A stretch of 64,000 nt of DNA from Planctomycetota bacterium (GTDB lineage: Bacteria; Planctomycetota; GCA-002687715; CAIWVZ01): contig JBGANV010000003.1 in the NCBI GenBank assembly GCA_044222185.1, positions 128,001 to 192,000 of the forward strand, written 5' to 3'. A program made the position numbers and the translations under genes. The notes below the pieces were generated by a model that saw nothing but the letters and a program-made list of their open reading frames with translations, did not search any database and had not been told where the DNA came from. Shown here one piece after another: positions 20,311 to 30,378 of this stretch; position 1 is the stretch's first letter, and every line of letters begins with the position of its first letter.

Positions 20311-22155
20311 GTGTTCAATCCGGACTCGCTCGTTCGTGCCGTTCTCATTGCCTGGGCGGTCAGCGCGGTACCTGCAATCGGCCAATGCTATCCGGGCTGC
20401 AGTCTCAACTGGACGGGCCCGACTCTCACCGGCAGCTTCAGCGGAACGAGTGGGCCGCTCGGGAGCAGCGTCCCATTCGTGATCTGCTTGACGGGCACCT
20501 TCCCGGGCAACACGGTGAACGTCATCGGCCTGACCCTCGGCCCGAACACCATCGTTCAGGTGCCACCGGGCGTCTCGCTTCAGGTCGTCGGCCCGATGTC
20601 GGCGGTCGGCACTCCAACGGAGCCGGTCGTCTTCACTTCGTCGGTTCCTTCACCAACGGCTTCGCAGCGCTGGGGCGGGCTCATCTTCATCGGTCCTTCC
20701 GTGCCGGGGACCAAGGTCATGAGGTTCTGCCGCGTCGACAACGCGGCCTACTCCGGCATGAGGATCCGGGACGACTCGCCGACGATCGACGACTGCCTCG
20801 TCATCGGAAATCTGGCGACGGCCCAGAACGGGACCTCACTCAGTGGAGGCGGGGTCGACGTCGCGAACCACAGCATGGGGCTGACGATGAATCACGTGGA
20901 AGTCCGGGGAAACCAGGCTCTCGCGAATCACGGCGGTGGCATCCATGCAGTCATGACCGGGGGTACGACCCTGATCCTCAACCAATGCTGGATCGTCGAC
21001 AACTCGGTGAACCTGGCGAACGCGCCGGTGGGGCAACTGCTCGGCGGCGGGCTGCGAATCAGCGGCAACAGCGTCCTGGACAACTGCCGCATCGAAGGCA
21101 ACCGGCTTTACTCGAATGCAGGCTGCTTCGGCTGCCTGACGATCGGCCAGGGTGGCGGCATCTATTACGACGGCACGTCAGCCACGACGCATGTCCTGAG
21201 GCGGTCGATCCTCTCCGGCAATCTGTGCCACCATGCGAACTGTGCGCCCTATGCGCTCGAGGCCGCGTACGGCGGAGGCTGCATCGTCGCGAACTGCACG
21301 CTGAACGCAGTGAGCTCGACGATCGTCTGCAACACGGCGGTTACGGCCTGCGCTGGCCCAGGAGGGTTCGGAGGCGGCGTATACGTCGCGGGTGCGGCGG
21401 CGTCGGCGAATCTCACCAACTGCACGATCGCATCCAACTCACCAACCGGCGTCGACGCGAGCGGCACCGCCGTCGCCATCGACTCGTGCATCGTTTGGGG
21501 AAACAACGGCGGCGGCGCTCAGCTCGGCGCTTCCGTTCCGTGTCCGACCTTCAGCGACATCCAGGGCGGCACCCCCTGCGGCAACAACATGAACCTGAAT
21601 CCGATCTTCGCGGGGGCAGCGACGTTCGGGAGCGGGTGCACGCCCGCTGCGTTCGCGTTGTCCTCGTACTCGCCGCTCGTCAACGCTGGCAACCCGGCGC
21701 TCTCGAACGCCTCTCCTCTCGTCGGGTTCGGACCAGGCAACACGGTCGGTGCCCTGGGCGGCCCGTTGAACGGCGGTGTCCTGTCGCCGTGTCACATTCA
21801 TCTCGGCGCCAATGCCATCGGCGTCGCCGCCGGTAGCGGGAACTCCCTGTCGCTGGCCTTCGGGACGGGTGGGTCCGCTGCTGGAGGATCTCTCTCGGTC
21901 ACCAACGCACAGCCCGGCAGCACGGGCGTCCTGGTCGCGTCACTGTCCTACGCCTGGACGACCGTCGGTTGCTGGACGGGCTACCCGATGCCGCCCCCGG
22001 CTGCGACGCTCCCGATCTCGCTCCCAGCGGGTACCTGGAGCCTGCCGATCAGCCTCCTCGTTCCGGCGCTCAGTGGGACACCCGTCTACGTGCAGGTCGC
22101 AGCCGTGGGCCCCTCGGGGTTCGCCGTGTCGAACGCCCTCGAGCTTGCCTTCTGA
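20311..22155 (+). CDS. Secreted Cys-rich right-handed beta-helix protein with the shared C-terminal module
   Basis: GTG start after GGGAG, signal peptide, repeated GGG[IVL]/N-x-A parallel beta-helix motifs, and C-terminus ...GTPVYVQVAAVGPSGFAVSNALELAF. Confidence 0.82.
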   Translation: MFNPDSLVRAVLIAWAVSAVPAIGQCYPGCSLNWTGPTLTGSFSGTSGPLGSSVPFVICLTGTFPGNTVNVIGLTLGPNTIVQVPPGVSLQVVGPMSAVGTPTEPVVFTSSVPSPTASQRWGGLIFIGPSVPGTKVMRFCRVDNAAYSGMRIRDDSPTIDDCLVIGNLATAQNGTSLSGGGVDVANHSMGLTMNHVEVRGNQALANHGGGIHAVMTGGTTLILNQCWIVDNSVNLANAPVGQLLGGGLRISGNSVLDNCRIEGNRLYSNAGCFGCLTIGQGGGIYYDGTSATTHVLRRSILSGNLCHHANCAPYALEAAYGGGCIVANCTLNAVSSTIVCNTAVTACAGPGGFGGGVYVAGAAASANLTNCTIASNSPTGVDASGTAVAIDSCIVWGNNGGGAQLGASVPCPTFSDIQGGTPCGNNMNLNPIFAGAATFGSGCTPAAFALSSYSPLVNAGNPALSNASPLVGFGPGNTVGALGGPLNGGVLSPCHIHLGANAIGVAAGSGNSLSLAFGTGGSAAGGSLSVTNAQPGSTGVLVASLSYAWTTVGCWTGYPMPPPAATLPISLPAGTWSLPISLLVPALSGTPVYVQVAAVGPSGFAVSNALELAF

Positions 22156-22177
22156 CCGCCAGGGCCCTCGCGAACCG

Positions 22178-22684
22178 CTACGCCGGCTTGGGATCCAGAT
22201 TGAAGATGCGTGCGAGGTCGTCGCGCATGGTGGCGAAGGCGTCGTCGTCGAGACCTGGATCGACGACGCGGAACACGTGCTCCTCGTGCTTGGGCTTCAG
22301 CAGGAGCACTTCCCGCTCGCCGTCCTGCTCGCGGCCCGTCTGGACGAGCAGACGCCGTCGCAGGAGGAGAATGGCGACGATCCAACGGAGGCGGGACGAC
22401 TGATCGTCCTCGTGACCCTCGAGTCGGCGGAAGAGCTCGAGGAGCGAATCGAAGTCGAGTCGGCGGGCGTAAGTCGTCCCAGCCGCGCGACGCGCGCGCC
22501 AATGCGAGAACACGCCAGCCTCCAGGGCCTCGCCGCAGCTGAGGCAGCGGTCCTCGCGCACGATCCCGGTCGAGGCGAGGCGGACGGTCGCGAGGTACTC
22601 GTCACCGATGGCGAACTCGCGTCCGCACTTCGTGCACTTCTCTTGCGCCCGCGGGACGCGCTTGTCCCAATCCTCGATCGTCAC
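22178..22684 (-). CDS. Hypothetical protein with two CxxC motifs (putative zinc-binding)
   Basis: GTG start overlaps the upstream stop (GTGA). Contains CTKC and CLSC, followed by LRWIVAILLLRRRLL. Confidence 0.75.
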   Translation of the reverse strand: MTIEDWDKRVPRAQEKCTKCGREFAIGDEYLATVRLASTGIVREDRCLSCGEALEAGVFSHWRARRAAGTTYARRLDFDSLLELFRRLEGHEDDQSSRLRWIVAILLLRRRLLVQTGREQDGEREVLLLKPKHEEHVFRVVDPGLDDDAFATMRDDLARIFNLDPKPA

Positions 22685-23676
22685 TTGCCGGCTCCCGAGC
22701 GCCAGTCCGGACTCGCCAGGAAGCCGCGCCACGCGCGCGAATCCGCTCCGAGCTTGCGGCCCGTGAGCCGCACGAGCGAGCCGTAGGCCTCGTTCACCGA
22801 ATCCACGTCGCCCTCCTTCTCCGCCGCCTCCATGGAGTCGACGAGAGGCGGAACGGCATCCATACGTTCGAACGCGGACACGAAGTGCGCGGCGAATTTC
22901 CGGACGGAGCGGTCGGAGTCGGCGAGGCAGCGGATCACCGCGGGGTAACCGCGCGGGTCCTTCAGCTCGCCGAGGCCCTGGATCGCGTCGATGCGCGGCT
23001 CGAATGATTCGCCGGACGTCGCGACCTTCGACAGCATCGGCACGGTGGCCGGCGTGTGGATCTTGCGGAGGGCGCGAACGAGCTCCCACTTGCCCTTGGC
23101 ATTCGCGTCGTCCCAGGCCTTCGCGATCTCGGGGACGCCGTCGTCGCCCATGGCTCCGATGAGGTCGGTGCACTGGTTGCGAACGACGGAATCGCCGAGG
23201 CCCCGCGACACCCCGAGGACGAGCATGGGCAGCGAGTAGGCCTTCAGATCGATCAGCTCCACCCGTGCCCGGTTGACATCGACGCGGCTTCCGGCGTCGA
23301 AGGCGAACACGTAGGCCCGCAGCAGATTCTCGGCGAGGATCATCGGCGCGTCGCCGCCGAGCGCGAGCCATTCCTTGCGGGCTTCAGGCCAGCCGGTGTC
23401 GCCGGCCATGTAGTAGCCCCACCACTTGTCGATCTTCTGCTTCCAGCCCGCAGGCAAAGTCGATGCGCCCGCCGTCCGAGCCTCTTCCATCTTGGCGCGG
23501 TCAGCCTTGGCCTCGCGCTCCCGGGCCATCTGATCCCAGAGCGAGCCGCCCTGGTTCGAGGACGCCGCGGTCGACTCCTTCGCGGGTTGTGAGCGCGATC
23601 CCCCCGACGTGCCGGAGCCCGAGCAGGCGACGAAGGCCAGGAACATGAGACACGTGGCGCGCAAACGGATGTTCAT
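22681..23676 (-). CDS. HEAT-repeat lipoprotein
   Basis: Lipobox FVAC after a basic/hydrophobic N-terminus; HEAT repeats (RIDAIQGLG, LADSDRSVRKFAA, LVRLTG). Confidence 0.82.
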   Translation of the reverse strand: MNIRLRATCLMFLAFVACSGSGTSGGSRSQPAKESTAASSNQGGSLWDQMAREREAKADRAKMEEARTAGASTLPAGWKQKIDKWWGYYMAGDTGWPEARKEWLALGGDAPMILAENLLRAYVFAFDAGSRVDVNRARVELIDLKAYSLPMLVLGVSRGLGDSVVRNQCTDLIGAMGDDGVPEIAKAWDDANAKGKWELVRALRKIHTPATVPMLSKVATSGESFEPRIDAIQGLGELKDPRGYPAVIRCLADSDRSVRKFAAHFVSAFERMDAVPPLVDSMEAAEKEGDVDSVNEAYGSLVRLTGRKLGADSRAWRGFLASPDWRSGAGK

Positions 23677-23863
23677 CGAAGCGTCCTTTGGGCCAGGAGT
23701 TTCCGCGTGCGGCGACGGCCGATCAAGCGCACGCCAGCGGGAGGCAGTCCGCGATTGACCGTCCGGGTACCGCATGCCATAGTCGCCGCCGCGCGATGCC
23801 GGCCTGCGGCGACGGGGATGCGGTCCCGTCTCGCCAAGCCTCACGACTCCCGGGGAAGTCACC

Positions 23864-26800
23864 ATGAAGTCGACGGATTTCGTCCATCTCCACGTCCATA
23901 GCGACTACTCCCTGCTCGACGGCAACTGCCAGATGGACCCGCTCCTCGACCGCACCAAGGCCGAAGGCCAGGACGCCATCGCCCTCACGGACCACGGCAA
24001 CCTCTTCGGCGCCGTGCATTTCTACAAGGGCTGCAAGTCCCGCGGGCTGAAGCCGATTCTCGGCATGGAGGCCTACATCGCGGCGGGCAGCCGCTTCGAC
24101 AAGGCCAAGCAGGAGGAACCCGGCAAGCGCAAGAAGACGACGTTCCACTGCACGCTCCTGGCGGAGACCACCGAAGGCTTCCAGAACCTCGTGCGCCTGG
24201 CTTCGACGGCCTACCTGGACGGCTTCTACCGCCGCCCGCGCATCGACCGCGACGCCATCCGCCAGTGGGGCAAGGGGATCATCTGCCTCTCCGGCTGCCT
24301 CGCGGGCGAAGTGAGCCAGGCGATCCTCGCCGATCAGCTCGAAGGCGCCGAGGGAGTCATCCGCAACTACAAGGAGCTGTTCGGCGCCGACAACTTCTAC
24401 CTGGAGCTGATGGACCACGGCATCCCGGAGGAGGACCGCACGAAGAAGGCGCTGATCGAGCTCGCGCGCCAGACGTCGACGCCGCTCGTCGGCACGAACG
24501 ACATCCACTACATCGACCCGGCCGACTGGGAAGTGCAGGACGTGGCGCTGTGCATCGGCACCGGCAAGCTCGTGCGGGAGACCGAGCGCTACAAGATGGC
24601 GACGCGCGAGCTGTGGTTCAAAAGCTCGCAGCAGATGGTCGACCTCTTCGCCGACTGCCCCGAGGCGATCGCGAATACCCGCGTGATCGCGGACCGCTGC
24701 AAGGCCGAAGTCAAGCTCGGCGCGCGCTTCCTCCCCACGTTCACGGTTCCGGCGCCGGAAACCAGCGAGCAGGTCTTCCGCCGCCTCTGCGAGGAGGGCG
24801 TCGCCCGGCTCTACCCCGTCGTCACGCCCGAGATCCAGCAGCGACTCGAGTACGAGATCCGCGTCATCACCCAGACCGGGTTCGTCGACTACTTCCTCAT
24901 CGTGTGGGACTTCGTGCGATTCTCGCGCGAGGCGGGAGTTCCCGTGGGACCGGGCCGAGGATCGGCCGCCGGCTCGCTCGTCTCGTATGCGCTCGGCATC
25001 ACGCGCATCGACCCGCTGAAGTACGACCTCCTGTTCGAGCGCTTCTTGAACGCCGAGCGAATCTCGATGCCGGACATCGACATCGACTTCTGCTGGCAGC
25101 GGCGGCAGGAGGTCATCGACTACGTCAACCTGAAGTACGGCAAGGATCGCGTGGCGCAGATCGTCACCTTCGGAACGCTGAAGGCGCGCGCCGTCATCCG
25201 TGACGTGGGCCGGGTGCTCGAGGTTCCGCTGGGCGAAGTGGACCGCATCGCGAAGAAGATCCCCAACGGCCCCAAGGACACGCTGGCGGACGCCGTCGAG
25301 AAGGACACGGAGGTCAAACAGCTCTACGCCGAGAGCGAGGCGAACCGGCGCCTGTTCGACATCGCGCTCAAGCTCGAGGGCTCGGCGCGCAACATGTCGA
25401 CGCACGCGGCCGGCGTCGTCATCACGGACGTCCCGCTGACGGAGCGCGTGCCGCTCTGCAAGTCCGGCGACGACGTCGTCACGCAATGGACCATGGACGT
25501 CCTCGAGGAGATCGGCATCCTCAAGATGGACTTCCTCGGCCTGCGGACGCTCACGATCATCGACTACGCCGTCCGCAACATCAAAGCGACGACGGGCAAG
25601 GCGATCGACATCGACGCGATCCCGCTGAACGACCTCACGACCTACAAGCTGCTGCAGAGCGGGCGCGCCGCGGGCGTCTTCCAGCTGGAATCGGACGGCA
25701 TGATCGACCTGTTGAAGCGGATGCGCCCCGACCGCTTCGAGGATCTCATCGCCGTCCTCGCGCTCTACCGGCCAGGCCCGCTCGGCGCCGGCATGGTCGA
25801 CATCTACGTGAAGCGCAAACACGGGCAGGAGCCCATCAGCTACCTGCACCCGAAGCTCGAACCGCTCCTGAAGGAGACGCTGGGCGTCATCCTCTACCAG
25901 GAGCAGGTCATGCGCATCGCCAACGTCCTCGCCGGCTTCTCGCTCAACGAAGCCGACGCGCTCCGCAAGGCGATGGGCAAGAAGAAGCCCGAGATCCTGG
26001 CGAAGTACAAGGAACAGTTCATCGCGGGCTCGGAGCGAAACGGAGTTCCGCGACAGGCGGCCGGCGAGATCTTCGACCAGATCGAGTTCTTCGCCGGGTA
26101 CGGATTCAACAAGTCCCACAGCGCCGCGTACGCGCTCGTCACCTACCAGACGGCCTGGCTCAAGGCGAATCACCCGGTCGAGTTCATGGCCGCGTTGCTC
26201 ACGTGCGAAATGCTCTCCATCGACAAGACGGTCGAGTACGTGGAGGAGACGCGCGCCATGGGGCTGACGCTGAAGCCGCCGGACGTGAATCACTCCTTCG
26301 CGCAGTTCGCCGTGGAGGCGGGCACGATCCGCTACGGTCTCGCCGCGATCAAAGGCGTGGGCGAGGGCGCGATCAACGCGATCGCGGCCGTTCGGTCGAA
26401 GGACGGCCCGTTCAAGAGCCTCTTCGACCTTTGCGAGCGAGCCGGAACGCAGGCGCTGAACAAGGGCATGCTCGAGGCCATGGTGTGCGCCGGAGCACTC
26501 GACAGCCTTCCGGGCAATCGGGCACAGAAGCTCGCAGCCCTCGAGGATGCACTCCGCATGGGTGCGAGCGCCGAACGGGACCGACGCTCCGGTCAGATCT
26601 CGCTCTTCGGTGACATCGAAGAGGAGGCCGCGGCTTCCGGTGGTGGATCCGCGTTGCCGGACGTGAAGGAGCTCCCCGACGATGAGCGGCTGCAGCGAGA
26701 GAAGGACGTCCTGGGGTTCTACCTCTCCGGTCATCCGCTGAACCGCGTTCGCACCCAGCTCGCGCGCTACGCCTCGCACGAGATCAAGCGGCTCGCGAAC

Positions 26801-27322
26801 CTGGAAGATCGCCAAGGCGTCCTCATCGGCGGACTCATCCGCAGCGTCCGCGTCGTGATGATCCGCAACGGCCCACAGGCGAACCAGAAGATGGCGATCC
26901 TCGGCATCGAGGACATGAGCGGCGCCATCGAGGCCGTCGTCCCGCCCAAGCTCTACGTCGAACTCTCCGCGGAGCTGCGCGAGGACCGCATCGTGTTCGT
27001 GAAGGGCACGGTCGATCGGCGGCGTGAGCTGCCGAACGTGAAGGTCGAGAAGATCATCGACATCAACGACGCGCGGCTGACGCTGTCGAGCCGGGTCGTC
27101 GTGAGACTCGATGGCGGCGACGATCTGGAGTTGCAACTCGCCGCCGTGAAGCGCATCTTCCGCGAGCATGGCGGTTCGGCGCCCGTCATCGTCGAGCTGG
27201 CGACGCCCGACTTCGGCACGGTGCAGGTGCAGGCCGGTGACGAATACCGCGTGTCCATCTCGGCGGGCCTCGTCTCGACGCTCGAGCGCGTCCTCGGAAC
27301 CGAGCGCGTCGTTCTCACCTGA
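23864..27322 (+). CDS. dnaE: DNA polymerase III alpha subunit
   Basis: PHP motifs HLHVHSDYSLLDG and TDHG, then GPGRGSAAGS, MPDIDIDF, STHAAG, KMDFLGL, YGFNKSHS, clamp motif QISLF and a C-terminal OB fold. Confidence 0.98.
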   Translation: MKSTDFVHLHVHSDYSLLDGNCQMDPLLDRTKAEGQDAIALTDHGNLFGAVHFYKGCKSRGLKPILGMEAYIAAGSRFDKAKQEEPGKRKKTTFHCTLLAETTEGFQNLVRLASTAYLDGFYRRPRIDRDAIRQWGKGIICLSGCLAGEVSQAILADQLEGAEGVIRNYKELFGADNFYLELMDHGIPEEDRTKKALIELARQTSTPLVGTNDIHYIDPADWEVQDVALCIGTGKLVRETERYKMATRELWFKSSQQMVDLFADCPEAIANTRVIADRCKAEVKLGARFLPTFTVPAPETSEQVFRRLCEEGVARLYPVVTPEIQQRLEYEIRVITQTGFVDYFLIVWDFVRFSREAGVPVGPGRGSAAGSLVSYALGITRIDPLKYDLLFERFLNAERISMPDIDIDFCWQRRQEVIDYVNLKYGKDRVAQIVTFGTLKARAVIRDVGRVLEVPLGEVDRIAKKIPNGPKDTLADAVEKDTEVKQLYAESEANRRLFDIALKLEGSARNMSTHAAGVVITDVPLTERVPLCKSGDDVVTQWTMDVLEEIGILKMDFLGLRTLTIIDYAVRNIKATTGKAIDIDAIPLNDLTTYKLLQSGRAAGVFQLESDGMIDLLKRMRPDRFEDLIAVLALYRPGPLGAGMVDIYVKRKHGQEPISYLHPKLEPLLKETLGVILYQEQVMRIANVLAGFSLNEADALRKAMGKKKPEILAKYKEQFIAGSERNGVPRQAAGEIFDQIEFFAGYGFNKSHSAAYALVTYQTAWLKANHPVEFMAALLTCEMLSIDKTVEYVEETRAMGLTLKPPDVNHSFAQFAVEAGTIRYGLAAIKGVGEGAINAIAAVRSKDGPFKSLFDLCERAGTQALNKGMLEAMVCAGALDSLPGNRAQKLAALEDALRMGASAERDRRSGQISLFGDIEEEAAASGGGSALPDVKELPDDERLQREKDVLGFYLSGHPLNRVRTQLARYASHEIKRLANLEDRQGVLIGGLIRSVRVVMIRNGPQANQKMAILGIEDMSGAIEAVVPPKLYVELSAELREDRIVFVKGTVDRRRELPNVKVEKIIDINDARLTLSSRVVVRLDGGDDLELQLAAVKRIFREHGGSAPVIVELATPDFGTVQVQAGDEYRVSISAGLVSTLERVLGTERVVLT

Positions 27323-27533
27323 CCCTTCGGCCGGCGCACCGACCTCGGCGCGCTTCGGCGGGTGCAGCCCGGCTTTCGGGCCAATCCCGCGGAGAATCGG
27401 GGCCTCGGGACGTGAACAGGCCCGACGTCGCGACACGGAAGCGGGCCGGGCGCCAGCCGTGGGATGCTTCCGCTGGCGGATTGGGCGCCTATCCTATCGG
27501 GCCGCGCAAAGCCGCCGCGGCCGGAAAAGGGCA

Positions 27534-29396
27534 TTGAACACACCACACCGCCGCCGTCCCCAACGCGAGTCGTATTCAGAAGGTCGGGCTCCGTCGAGCC
27601 GCACGAATCACGACCGCGAAGCTCCCCGCGAGGGCAGTCGCGACGCATCCCGAGCCGCCGCCAGCGCACCGGCCCGGCTCCACCCGCAAGCGACGCCGCC
27701 CGCGACGCTCACCTTCGATGCCTTCGCACTGTCGCCGAAGGTCCTCGACGCCATCGACGAGATGGGCATCCACACGCCGACGCCGATCCAGCGTCTCGCG
27801 ATCCAGCCGATCCTCGACGGCAAGGACGTCATCGCGAAAGCCGAAACGGGAACGGGCAAGACACTGGCGTTCGGCGCCCCCATGATCTCGAAGATCGATC
27901 CCGATCGGCGTTCCGTCCTCGGCCTCGTCCTTTGCCCGACGCGCGAGCTCGCCGAGCAGGTCTGGAGCGTGCTTTCGCACATCGGTCGCGCCCGGACGAT
28001 CAAGGTCGCGTTGATCGTCGGCGGAGCGCCCATCGAGCCGCAGATCAAGGCGCTGCAGGAAGGCTCGCAGGTCGTCGTGGGGACGCCGGGTCGCGTTCTC
28101 GACCTCCTCACCCGCCGCATCCTCTCGTTCCCGTGGACCGAGTTCGCGGTCCTGGACGAAGCCGACGAGATGCTCGAGATCGGATTCCTCGAGGACATCA
28201 ACAAGATCCTGTCGAAGATCCCGGACGAGGCGCAGACGCTTCTGTTCAGCGCCACGTTCCCGCCCGACCTCCTCCGCCTCGCGCGCGATCACACGCGTGA
28301 TCCCGTGGAACTCGCCACGAGTTCGGGTGTCTCGACCGTGAAGTCCATCGACCAGCGGTGGATGCGAGTCCACGACGACGACCGCGCGCTGACGATCATG
28401 CGACTGATCGAGCAGAGCCGCCCGGAAGACGTGTTCCTCATCTTCGGCGACCGCCGCACGGAGGTCGATCGACTGTTTCACCGTCTCGAGCGGCTCCCCT
28501 ACCGGATCAAATGCCTGCACGGCGGGTACGAGCAGGATGCTCGGTTCCGCGTCATGTCCGCGTTCCGAAGCGGCGAGGTGAAGGCGCTCGTCGCCACCGA
28601 CGTCGCTTCGCGAGGGCTGGACGTCAAGCACGTGACGCACGTCGTGAATTACGGACCGCCGCAGGACATCACCGATTACACGCACCGCATCGGCCGCACG
28701 GGTCGCGCCGGCCGCAGCGGCCACGCGATCACGCTCGTACCGCCGATGGGCATGGGGCGATGGCGCCGGATCCTCGCTGCCGCGAGCTGGCCGATCCCCG
28801 AGGAACCGCCGCCGCGGGCCGGCGACCGCCGCGACGGATCGCGTCGCCCGCCGAGCGCGGCGCCGCGTGCCGCGCGATCGGGCGCCGATGCAGGACGGGA
28901 CCGGCCACACGACCGTCGCGACGACGAGGTTCCGCCACGCGACGATCGGCGACGGGGCGAGGCGCCATTGCCGTCGCGTCAGCAGGCTCCGCGCGACGAT
29001 CGTCGCGAGGACCGACACGACGATCGGCACCGTGCGCCGTCGCATTCCCAGGCTCCAGGTCGCCCCGCACGGGAGGCGTCCCGGGATTCGGACCGTCGCC
29101 ACGCCGATGCCGACGATGCTCCGCCGCGGTCGCGCGAACGCGAGGTCCGTCGGGACGAGGGCCGCCGCCCGCCGGCGAGCCCGTCGAAACCCGCCGCATC
29201 CGCGCCGCGGGAATCGCGCCGTGACGAGCGCTCACGTGCGACGCCGCCGCCGCGACCCGCCCGCGGTGACGATCGCGACGCTCCGCGCGAGCGGAGTCGT
29301 CGCGAGACACCGGCCGACGACGCATCTCCGCCGCGCAGAAAAGCTGCAGGCGAGGAGCGGAATGACCGGCGTCCCCACCGCCGCGACGCGTGGTAG
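27534..29396 (+). CDS. DEAD-box RNA helicase with a long Arg/Asp-rich disordered tail
   Basis: Q motif (PTPIQ), AETGTGKT, PTRELA, TPGR, DEAD, SAT, ATDVASRGLD and HRIGRTGRAG. The TTG start at 27534 is tentative. Confidence 0.9.
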   Translation: MNTPHRRRPQRESYSEGRAPSSRTNHDREAPREGSRDASRAAASAPARLHPQATPPATLTFDAFALSPKVLDAIDEMGIHTPTPIQRLAIQPILDGKDVIAKAETGTGKTLAFGAPMISKIDPDRRSVLGLVLCPTRELAEQVWSVLSHIGRARTIKVALIVGGAPIEPQIKALQEGSQVVVGTPGRVLDLLTRRILSFPWTEFAVLDEADEMLEIGFLEDINKILSKIPDEAQTLLFSATFPPDLLRLARDHTRDPVELATSSGVSTVKSIDQRWMRVHDDDRALTIMRLIEQSRPEDVFLIFGDRRTEVDRLFHRLERLPYRIKCLHGGYEQDARFRVMSAFRSGEVKALVATDVASRGLDVKHVTHVVNYGPPQDITDYTHRIGRTGRAGRSGHAITLVPPMGMGRWRRILAAASWPIPEEPPPRAGDRRDGSRRPPSAAPRAARSGADAGRDRPHDRRDDEVPPRDDRRRGEAPLPSRQQAPRDDRREDRHDDRHRAPSHSQAPGRPAREASRDSDRRHADADDAPPRSREREVRRDEGRRPPASPSKPAASAPRESRRDERSRATPPPRPARGDDRDAPRERSRRETPADDASPPRRKAAGEERNDRRPHRRDAW

Positions 29397-30091
29397 CATC
29401 CGCGCTCGTGAAACCGGCCGGCGCACACCGACGTCCGCGCCGTCGCCGCATCGGGCGGACGGCCTCACCGAACGACACCCTCGACCCGAAGCGTGTCGCG
29501 GTGGATGTCCCGCCGGAGCTGGCGGGCGACGCACCGACGCCGGCCGTTGACGTACCGGTCCTGCTCGAGTCCCACATCCCGCGGCTGCGTGCGTTCCTCA
29601 GGTTGCGTGTCGGGCCACTCCTGCGCGCGAAGGAATCGCTCGCCGACATCGTCCAATCGACGTGCCGGGAGATCCTCGAGCACGCCGATCGCTACCGCCA
29701 CGGAGGCGAGCCACATTTCCGGAGCTGGCTCTTCGCGACCGCCACGCGCAAGGTCGTCGACCGCGCCCGGTTCTACAGTGCGGGCAAGCGCCAGATCGCT
29801 CGGGAGGTCCAGCCGCCGCAGCCTGACGAAACGGACGCCGCCCTCTCGGGTTTCTACCAGTCGATCTTCCCCACCCCGAGCCAGGCCGCGATCCGCCGCG
29901 AGGACCTCGTCCGCCTCGAGAGTGCCATCGACCGACTCCCGGACGAACTTCGGGACGTGGTGCTCCTCTCGAGGATCGCCGGGCTGCCACACGGCGAGAT
30001 CGCCGTGCGCCTGGGTCGCCCCGAATCCTCGGTTCGAGTGCTCCTCTTCCGGGCCCTGGCACGGCTTGCCGTCGGACTTCGGCGAAACTGA
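29390..30091 (+). CDS. ECF RNA polymerase sigma factor
   Basis: Region 2 KESLADIVQSTCREIL...FRSWLF and region 4 LPDELRDVVLLSRIAGLPHGEIAVRLGRPESSVRVLLFRAL. The true start may be the GTG at 29501. Confidence 0.87.
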   Translation: MVASALVKPAGAHRRPRRRRIGRTASPNDTLDPKRVAVDVPPELAGDAPTPAVDVPVLLESHIPRLRAFLRLRVGPLLRAKESLADIVQSTCREILEHADRYRHGGEPHFRSWLFATATRKVVDRARFYSAGKRQIAREVQPPQPDETDAALSGFYQSIFPTPSQAAIRREDLVRLESAIDRLPDELRDVVLLSRIAGLPHGEIAVRLGRPESSVRVLLFRALARLAVGLRRN

Positions 30092-30378
30092 CCCGCCCCG
30101 ATCCAAAAATTCCGGCGGTCGAGCGCGACTGGCGTTTCCACTGTGGCCCCGATTATCATGCCGCCCTTCTGAACCGGCACCCCACACGCCCAAGACCCTG
30201 CCCCAGACCGTCCCTCTGACCCCCGCAACCGAATCCCCAATCGAGGTTGCCCGCGGGGGTCAGGGTTCCCGCGCCGTCAGGCCGCACCCGCTCGTACGCG
30301 CGTGGTGTCGCCGAGGGGTGCGGGCACCGCACGGCCCTGGCGGCCGAATCCCGTAGCAACCGGAGCGTTCAACGAACC

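Noticed and set aside
16891-20385. ORF-track N-terminal extensions (kinase to 20385; also 38837 for the second kinase, 60099 for the protease, 11264 for ftsI)
   Set aside because: The extensions overlap other well-supported genes or precede clear RBS and signal-peptide starts, so starts were moved downstream.
23723-27436. 1237-aa minus-strand ORF (and similar long ORFs at 9096-11369 +, 13777-16353 - and 55159-57549 +)
   Set aside because: These are antisense shadows of well-supported genes, typical of high-GC codon bias, and carry no motifs.
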